Below are positions 55,431 to 64,000 of a stretch of DNA of 64,000 nt, one piece after another. Within the stretch, counting starts at the first letter, position 1. Every line of letters begins with the position of its first letter. Origin of the DNA: Octopus vulgaris (taxonomy: Eukaryota); contig OX597828.1 in the NCBI GenBank assembly GCA_951406725.2, forward strand, positions 5,456,001-5,520,000, written 5' to 3'. The notes below the pieces were generated by a model. The model searched no databases, was not told the DNA's origin, and saw only the letters and a program-made list of their open reading frames with translations. The position numbers and the translations under genes were made by a program.

Positions 55431-56129
55431 ATATATACAGTGGTAATTTTCAATAAACCTACTTGAAAATATCAAACCTACAATTTGGTACGGTCTCAAC
55501 AACAGGTCAGTGTTAAGTGAAGAAAGAGAGCAGGCGAATCTTAACGACCCTAAGCTCTTTCCCGTCTTCTCAACTATTTTCTAATTCCCTCGAAGCAAAT
55601 AGCCTCCGTGGCGAAGCAAATAGCCTACCTGTTATATCGCACAGATAACGAGTTGTTCACTCCTAGCATTAATCAAGAGAACAAAAACCATGAAAATATC
55701 GATAACTTAACATCAGTATAAAGATGTTGTCCTCCAACAGGACTATAAGAATTTAAGTGACACATATTCAGCTTAATATTTTGGATCAAAAAGCATTCAT
55801 CAAGAAGTAAGTCGCTCAAGAATTTCAATCTTTCTCCTTATATATGTAATATCTAGTACATGAAGATTTCCTTCTTTTTGAAGTGGCCTGGTAAGTATAA
55901 TTTCGTACTTTATACTGGTTTGTTGATTCGGTTAGTCCCCAGAACCACTGTAATATCATATAATGCATCTCATAAATCGTTAGCATAAAGTATTTAATAT
56001 AAACGCTTTAATGAATAAAAGAATATGAATTAAGTTTTGTAGAAATGTCAAAAAAAAGTTTTAACGAATACTCAAATATAGCAAATTCCGCTAAACGTCT
56101 CCAGAAATAAATATAAGAAAGCTGACCAA

Positions 56130-56376
56130 AAGGTTTCTTGAGTAATATAGGCTTATAGGGCCGGTTATCCCGGTTTTCATGCTGTATATATTCTCCACCT
56201 GGGTGGGACGCCGGTCTCTCACAGGATTATTCACTTTTACCAGCGGAGTGGACTGGGGCAATATGAAAGAAGGTATTTTGCTCAAGAACACCACGCATCA
56301 CCAGGTCCATGAATCGAACTCACAATCTTATGATCATAAGTCCAACATCTTAAACGCTAAGACAGGCGCTTCCACA
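56130..56376 (-). mobile_element. Decayed tRNA-derived SINE
   Basis: Minus strand ...GATTGTGAGTTCGATTCATGGACC...GTGTTCTTGAGCAA, similar to family 2/3 heads. Confidence 0.6.
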
Positions 56377-56849
56377 AAAGCAGGCATTTGAAGTTCTTGT
56401 TAACACCCGATAGTCTATGGACGTGTTAAGACACGGAGTCGTCTTCGTAATATACAGCACGAAGATATATTGTGGTGTTCATTCGGAAATCTACAAAAGA
56501 AATCATAGCTACAATGTAATACAAATTCTGATTTACTGAAACAGAGAGGAAAATCTGATATTTATATATAACATAAAGGCATGAATTAAATTCTCACGAA
56601 ATACATTTTTTAGCAGATCATGAATGTAGATTAATATATCATATGCAATATGCAACTGGATAATGAAGGGAAAATTCAATGTTCAGCATGTAATATTACC
56701 AACGTAATAGAAATGTTTATGATTTTCGAACTTTGCTATTGAGTTAATGCATGATACCCAGGCTGAACAGCATGACGAATACACAGGAATTGTTGTTGCA
56801 AATAAGGTGAAATTAATGGCAAGGATAAAAGCGCATTAACCATTGACTG

Positions 56850-57400
56850 GTAGGTGGGAGCAGAAACCTCTGCATGGCAAATATGTAGCCCGTAGCAAAC
56901 AAGCTGATGTTAACCAGAAGCACAACCATTAGCGGCTTTCCCCTTAGCTGCTCAAGATCAAAACTTATTGACCCGAACTTTGAAGCTGATGTGATGATTC
57001 TGCGCTTTGAAACAGCGGACAAACTAATCTCAGGATGTAAAGTTTTTGCACCAATGGAGTACAAATCAAGACATAACAGATTTTGCCAATATCTACACTG
57101 GTCAATGTATCGGTGTGATAAAATGAAAATGGTCGGCAAATGGTATAAACACCACACTAGCTTTAACTGAGTAGAGAAAAGAAAACGATTTCTTCGGACT
57201 TTGCAATACATAACGACAAAACCGTCAAAGGTAATAAACCGAATATTATAATAAAACACAAATAAAATACAGTCTCTTTATTGATCGACATGAATATTTC
57301 CTTGTAATTATAATTTCTCACCAAAAGAATTTAACAAGCTACGAATATATAAAATTTTATCATTGAAATTAGAAAAATGTGGCATCTCAAGGGGGTTACG
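56850..57400 (+). mobile_element. Old R4/Dong-like LINE 3' fragment (related to family D)
   Basis: RWEQKPLHGKYV, LAAQDQ and LISGCKVFAPMEYKSRHNRFCQYLHW align with 61800-62170. Confidence 0.8.
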
Positions 57401-57853
57401 ATACCGATGATTGGAGGGGCAGCTCGAATAATGAAGATATCTGCTTGTCAGTTGTTTGACCTTAACCAATTGAACATATCGTCAGCTGACGATATGTGCA
57501 TCTCTGATCAGGAGCAGAGGTATTAGGGAAGTATTTTCGCCATGTGTTGTAAATAATTCTTTGGGAGTATGGATAATTCGCCTTTGGAAACATGAGTGTT
57601 TCGTTCAACATCCTTCAACAACAATTATTCGGGGATCTTTTGAGCGGAATGGGATACTCGGTCTGCAGAAAATTCTAACAGGGGTCCACTTGAAGGTCAT
57701 GCATTGTTTATCTTGATAGGAGACAACCATGACGCGCACACATGTTGCATGTGCCTGGTGTACGCTTATCAGACGGGTAGTCATGATGGGTATACCGGGC
57801 TTCGTATATTTAACCCCAGTTTCACTTTGAGGGCATGCACTGACCTCTCGCTC

Positions 57854-57891
<38 letters not shown>

Positions 57892-57996
57892 TGATGATGA
57901 TAATAATAATAACAATAATAATAAACCAATAATAATGATAATAATATTAATAATAATGATGAGGACAATAACAATAATAATAATAACAAAAACAAA

Positions 57997-58073
<77 letters not shown>

Positions 58074-58075
58074 TG

Positions 58076-58153
<78 letters not shown>

Positions 58154-58186
58154 TTAATAATAATAATAACAGAAAATAATAATAAT
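57854..58186. repeat. (AAT)n microsatellite
   Basis: Tandem AAT with variants. Confidence 0.95.
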
Positions 58187-58839
58187 AACAGAAAAAAGAT
58201 GGTATAGGCACACACTAACAACAGAAAAAAGATGGTATAGGCACACATAACAACAGAAAAAAGATGGTATAGGCACACATAACAACAGAAAAAAGATGGT
58301 ATAGGCACACACCACAACAGAAAAAAGATGGTATAGGCACACACCAGAAAAGGTCACAGAAAACGAGAAAGCAACCATACTCTGGGATATGCCGATACAC
58401 ACAGATAGAGAAATTAAGGCCAACAGACCAGATATAGTTGTCAGAGATCATGAAGAAAAAAATGCTTTCTAATTGATTTATCAATACCGGCAGATGACAA
58501 CGTGTCTCTAAAAGAAATGGAGAAACTCTCAAAATACAAAAACCTGGAAATAGAGGTAACTAGAATGTGGAATCTGAAAACAGAAACAATTCCTATCATA
58601 GTAGATGCATTAGGCATGATAAAAAAATATTCAGACAAATACATAACAAAAACACCAGGACTTACAAACACATATAACATACAGAAAATTGCACTACTAG
58701 GCACTGCACACATCCTACGCAGAACACTTTCCATACAATAACCATCAGAGCATCACAACAAATCACAGCACATACCCAAGGTACACAGAGCTGCGCTCGG
58801 TAGTAAAGTGAAAGCACGCTATAAAAATAAAACTACTGA
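58187..58839 (+). mobile_element. R4/Dong-like RLE LINE, family A, 5'-truncated with five tandem copies of its first ~32 bp
   Basis: Matches the family A copies; AACAGAAAAAAGATGGTATAGGCACACA repeated five times at 58187-58345; (AAT)n flanks. Confidence 0.93.
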
Positions 58840-58841
58840 AC

Positions 58842-58882
<41 letters not shown>

Positions 58883-58904
58883 TAATAATAATGATAATAT
58901 TTTT

Positions 58905-61900
58905 AAAAAATGAAAACTTAATAATTTAAATTTACTTGAAAAGAAAAATTCAAACAGTACACCGAATCGCTTGTCAAATGGTTATTCTGGAAGCGCGCCT
59001 GTCAGGAGGCTGTCAGCCTGACGGAGCAAAGTTTTCAGATGGCAGAATATCTTCCCCGAATACGAACGTGGAAGGTTGTTTAAACGGGATTTGTCCCAAA
59101 TTAATCCCCCAAATTTTACCACCACAACGATCACAAAATCAAAAATGTAAAAGAACTAAATTGAACCGGGAAGAAAATAAAGAAGTAATATAAGCCTATT
59201 ACTTTGCATTAAGTGGCCAACCCAAGAGAAACACACCGCAAACTCCTACAGAATTTGGAGGAGCTGGAATCCAGCTAGCAGACCAAACATGGATAAAAAC
59301 AGATTAGCAAATGTTAGAAGGGATATCTTCAGAAATACCAGACTCACAGATGCAGAATTAACCTCTATTAAAAAAACTGGTAGAGATTGACCTAAATATA
59401 AGTCATGAAAGAAATAACGAAGCGGAGGAGAGGAATGTTGGAACACAAGCATTAACTGAAAGACGACCATCTTCCGAAACCGCTCAAGAGCCTAAAGAAA
59501 AAGGAAAATATAATGACCCCAGAAGAAACAGCCAGGAAAATGATGTCAAAACAGAATTTGAAGACTACATATTTGCTGAACAAAACAGAAAATCTATCAT
59601 TCAAATGTGGCAGGAAGTTCTGAATGCGCTTCATAAACTCTCAAATGCACACCAACATAAAACACAAATAAAAATTGGCAACTGCGTTACACAAGACATC
59701 ATACAAGAACTAAAACCCGATCATAATAAGTTAAATGAAATCATTTACTCTGTGCTAAGGTAATCGAAAGACACTGTTTAACACCCCAAAAGCCAACAAT
59801 ACCAAATTCGAAAAGAAAATCAAACTGGAGGAGTAGAATTGAAACTAAGATTGAATCATTGCGAAGGGAGATATCAATATTAACTGAGCTAATCTCTGGA
59901 AATGGTGTAAGATCAAGAAAAGGCAGAAAGATTGTGAGAAAATATAGACTGTCAACAAGAGAAGAACTAATGTCAGAGAAAGAAACATTTAAACAGAAAG
60001 TTCAAGCAAGATCTCAGAGAATACGCGGATTTGAGAAAAGAATCAAATTCTACAAACAAAATAAGATATTCAAATTCAATGCCAAATCATTTTACAGGGA
60101 AATAAGGAAAGAAAAACATAACCATTGAAAATCCACCCCTAATGGAAGAAGTTGAAAACTTTTGGAATGGGATCTGGAGTGATGAGACACCATATAATGA
60201 AAATGCAGACTGGATCAAACGCACCCAAGATGCCTACAAAATCTACAAGAACAGGAATGGAAAGACATCTCAATCGCCGTCCTAAGGAGGGCACTAACGA
60301 AGGCTCAAAATCCCCTGGTATTGATAGAGTACCAAATTTCTGGCTCTCATTACTTCCGTCCGCACTCAAAATGTTATTGATACTATTTAATAGTATTATG
60401 AAAGACCCGGAAAAAAATTCCCCATTGGATGACAAATAGCATTACTTACCTCCTCCCCCAAAATAACGAAACGAAAGACCCAAAAAACTACCGGCCTATA
60501 ACATGTTTGTCTACTACCTTTAAGATGTTGACATCTATTCTAGTAGAGAAAATATATACGTTTATGGAAGAGAATGACTTCTTTCCCACTGAACAAAAAG
60601 TATGCAAGCGAGGCTCATACGGATGCAAAGATCTGCTCCTAATTAATCGCATGATTCTTGAGAACTGCCACAACAAGCGCAGAAATATCAGCTCTTCATG
60701 GATTGACTATAAAAAAGCCTTTGACAGCATACCACATTCGTGGATTCTGAAATCGCTGGTCATTTTCAAAATTTCTCCTGTGATTTCAGATTTTTTAAAG
60801 TATAATATGTTACTATGGAAATACGAAGCTCCAATTATATCATTCTAACGGAGTTTTGCGTTCAAACAATATTAGCATAAACTGTGGCATTTTCCAAAGT
60901 GACTCACTTTCACTACTAATTTTCTGCATAGCACTAATACCACTCTCAAGTGAACTGAATAGAACAGGATATGGCTACAAAATTGACAACAGGAAAATAA
61001 GCCATCTATTTTATATGGATGATTTAAAACTATATGGCAAAGATCATGAAGAGTTTGGAGGACTACTTACATACTGTGAAATGATGCAGTGATGATATCG
61101 GGATGGACTTTGGCCTTGAAAAGTGTGCCAAAGCCACGTTTAAGAAAGGGAAATTGGTAAAGTCAAGTTCAATCGAATTAGATGTCGAAACAGTAATAAA
61201 GGAACTTGAGGAGGAACAAACCTATAAATACCTAGGAATAAATGAAGGATCTGGTATCCAGCATGCAAGCATGAAGAAGAAGGTTAGCAAGGAATGTTAT
61301 AGAAGAGTTCGAACAGTCCTGAAGTCTGAGCCGAATGCATATAATAAGGTGTTAGCCATAAATTGCTTCGCAGTCCCAGTTGTTCTTTATAGATTCAATG
61401 TGCTTAACTGGAATACCAGTGAAATAATGAAAATTGACAGAAAAATCCGCAAGCTACTGACCTGTAATAAGATGCAGCATCCAAAGGCAGACGTGGAACG
61501 TCTTTACCTTCCCAGAATTCAGGGAGGTCGAGGCTTGATCCAGCTTGAACTTACGCACAAAACCACCACAATCGGACTGGCCAAATACCTTGAAGCAACC
61601 AACGATTTGATACTAAAACATGTTGAAAAGCATGAAAGACCGAAAAAAACTTCACTCTATTCTGAAAGAGAGCAAAAAATTCGCTGCTGATCTCTTAGAG
61701 ACGCTCCAGATTGATCAGGCTGAAGGAAATGCGCCAACTGCTGCTGCAAAGAAAATAATATTAATTGCAAAGACAAAAGTACATGAAATATTACCTAGCA
61801 GATGGGAACAGAAACCTCTGAATGGCAAGAATGTGGTCTGTAGCAAACTAGTTGATATCGACCAGAAATACACGCATCAGTGGTTACGAAGCTCAGAGCT

Positions 61901-62849
61901 AATAGCAGAGAGTGAATGTTTCCTATTAGCAGCTCAAGACCAAAGATTATTAAACCGAAACTACCAAGGCAATGTGATAAAAAATGGAGCTGACTCAAAA
62001 TGCCGATTCTGTAACGATGAGATTGAAACTATAGACCACTTAATCTCAGGGTGTAGAGTCTTAGCACCTGTAGAATATAAAGCAAGACATGACAGAGTCG
62101 GCCAGTATTTTCACTGGACAATATGTCGGCATTATAAAATCAAAACCGCTGACAAATGGTATAAACATCATCCTGAAGTTTTGACTGAGAGAGAAAATGT
62201 GTCGATTCTCTGGGACTTCCCCCTTACATACCGACAACTAGTATAAAAGCTATTAAACCGGATATGATTATAAAAGATCAGGCAATAAAGGCATGTTTTA
62301 TTAATTGACATGAGTATTCTTTGCGATCACAATATAGCAGCGAAAGAATTTGACAAGCTTAGTAAATATAAAGACTTGCTAATAGAAACTGAAAATATAC
62401 GGCATCTCAAGGCGACTACAGTACCAGTGATTGTAGAATCTCTAGGAATGATAAGAAACAGTACTGAAACCAGTATCATTTGAGAAAGATACCAGGCCTA
62501 CCATCTCTACAGGAAGTGCAAAAAATCGTGTTAACTGGAACAAATCATGTACTGAGAAGAGCATTATCGCTGTGAAAACAACATCTACTCGTGAATTTAT
62601 TTGTTTCTGAATTTTTGAAACACATATTTTACCTGTGAATTTGCGTGTGTAATCTGGGATTGCATACAATGAGCTTCTCTGTCCTAGGTATACGGAAAAC
62701 ACTCGGCGAGAAATAGAGATGGTTAGCAGAGAAATCGTTAGAAGGAGAGTTCTAAGCAGAAAACTTGTGGATATACAACGTTACAGGTAATAACCCGCTA
62801 GCCTCCTAAATCCCACAACGAATCAGACTAAACCTGAGACAAACCAAAA
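58905..62849 (+). mobile_element. R4/Dong-like RLE LINE, family D, near full length, disrupted ORF
   Basis: NRLANVRR; RT KSPGID, NYRPITCL, WIDYKKAFDS, YMDD (61012-61023), YKYLG, GGRGL; CRFC...HLISGC; RHD; PDMI..IDMS RLE; (AAT)n on both sides. Confidence 0.93.
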
Positions 62850-62855
62850 ATAATG

Positions 62856-62923
<68 letters not shown>

Positions 62924-63200
62924 CATTACTACTACTACTGATGATGATGATGATGATTATGACGATGATGATAAAAAAAAAATATATAAGAGGACCCACA
63001 TGAACATTAAAGTTTATATCGTTACCTTCTTAATTTACGAGAGTTTACGAACAGCTATTATTTCATGGCTACAACAACAATTTTTAGGACATAAGAAAAT
63101 AAAAACATTGAGGGGAAAATAAGCAACATAATATGTTAAAAAATGTGAGAACGCTGTCTAATGAGACTACACTCATACATACATGATGCGTACATACAGA

Positions 63201-63245
<45 letters not shown>

Positions 63246-63251
<6 letters not shown>

Positions 63252-63749
63252 AATAAAATCAAAAACAGAACACAAAGGTTATCGCGGTACACCTGTTTCA
63301 AGCTTCATAAGCGACCTGTTCATTACATCATTGTATAATAGATATAAAAGATGGTTTAAGCTCTCTTCAGCCGCATACATTGTTATTCCAAAGAGTTGCA
63401 TCACGCTGTAAAAAATATGAAAAGTACATGCAGTATTACCCATTATAATAGGTATATCATATCTCCCTGAGAAAGTGTATTTGTAAAATTACCTCACTTT
63501 ATAACTATATAAAGATTCATTGGATTTCGAAAATCTTCGCATACTGTATCACCAGTTATACAGCATCTTTTATATCTATTATACAATGATTTAATGAACA
63601 GGTCGTTTATAAATCTTGAAACACGTGTACCGCGATATCCTCTGTGTTTTACTTTTGATCTTATTTGATATATTCTCTCTCACCTCTGCCACTATCTGGC
63701 GTGTACAGGTGCTTACATTATCAAGTATTCATTCTAAACTTGCAGTCCC
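63246..63749. mobile_element. Fold-back element between (TA)n tracts; ~108-bp arms (63246-63353 / 63564-63671)
   Basis: Inverted repeat with a ~210-bp spacer; a minus-strand HHR overlaps the left arm. Confidence 0.85.
63284..63374 (-). ncRNA. Type I hammerhead ribozyme with large loop II
   Basis: Minus strand: GCGG-CTGAAGA-GAGCTT-(~52 nt)-AAGCTT-GAAA-CAGGTG-TA-CCGC. The partner arm has the palindromic stem III CACGTG. Confidence 0.8.
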
Positions 63750-63754
63750 TATAT

Positions 63755-63831
<77 letters not shown>

Positions 63832-63834
<3 letters not shown>

Positions 63835-63997
63835 GGTGGGCTGCTTCCATTTTTCGTCTACCACATCCACTTACACGGTTTTGGTCAGCCCGAGGTTATA
63901 TTAGAAGACACTTGCCCTAAGTGCCACGTAGTGGGACTGAACCACGAACTATGTGGATGGGAAGCAAGCGTCTTACCATACATTCACGCCTGCGCCT
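63832..63997 (-). mobile_element. SINE family 1, 5' half
   Basis: Reverse-complement match to 7306-7470. Confidence 0.85.
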
Positions 63998-64000
63998 ACA

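Noticed and set aside
57410-57853. GC-richer segment ending in (AAT)n, possibly a SINE-like repeat
   Set aside because: Single copy in the window and no clear Pol III boxes; left unclassified.
58187-58345. 32-bp repeats as a CRISPR array
   Set aside because: No spacers, eukaryotic context, and the unit is LINE coding sequence.

Overview
Very AT-rich, microsatellite-saturated eukaryotic DNA. The repeat content (tRNA-derived SINE families, long (TA)n/(TAA)n tracts) suggests a cephalopod such as Octopus; this is an inference from recalled repeat families, not a database result. No host protein-coding gene can be supported, and most ORF-track entries are translated microsatellites. The window holds: (i) RLE-endonuclease non-LTR retrotransposons of the R4/Dong type, nearly all embedded in (TAA)n tracts and stacked in arrays at 22-29.4 kb and 58-63 kb; (ii) RTE and CR1-like LINE fragments; (iii) several tRNA-SINE families; (iv) decayed mariner, Tc1-like and Chapaev3-like DNA transposons; (v) Penelope-like retroelement remnants. 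The most interesting signal is a set of small non-coding fold-back elements in or beside (TA)n tracts that carry type I hammerhead ribozyme (HHR) motifs. Five have intact CUGANGA/GAAA cores (6745, 8201, 39215, 39752, 63284) and several more are decayed. One has a retrozyme-like direct-repeat layout (39.0-40.0 kb) predicted to release a 537-nt RNA. Boundaries and pairings were read by eye and may be off by a few bases.
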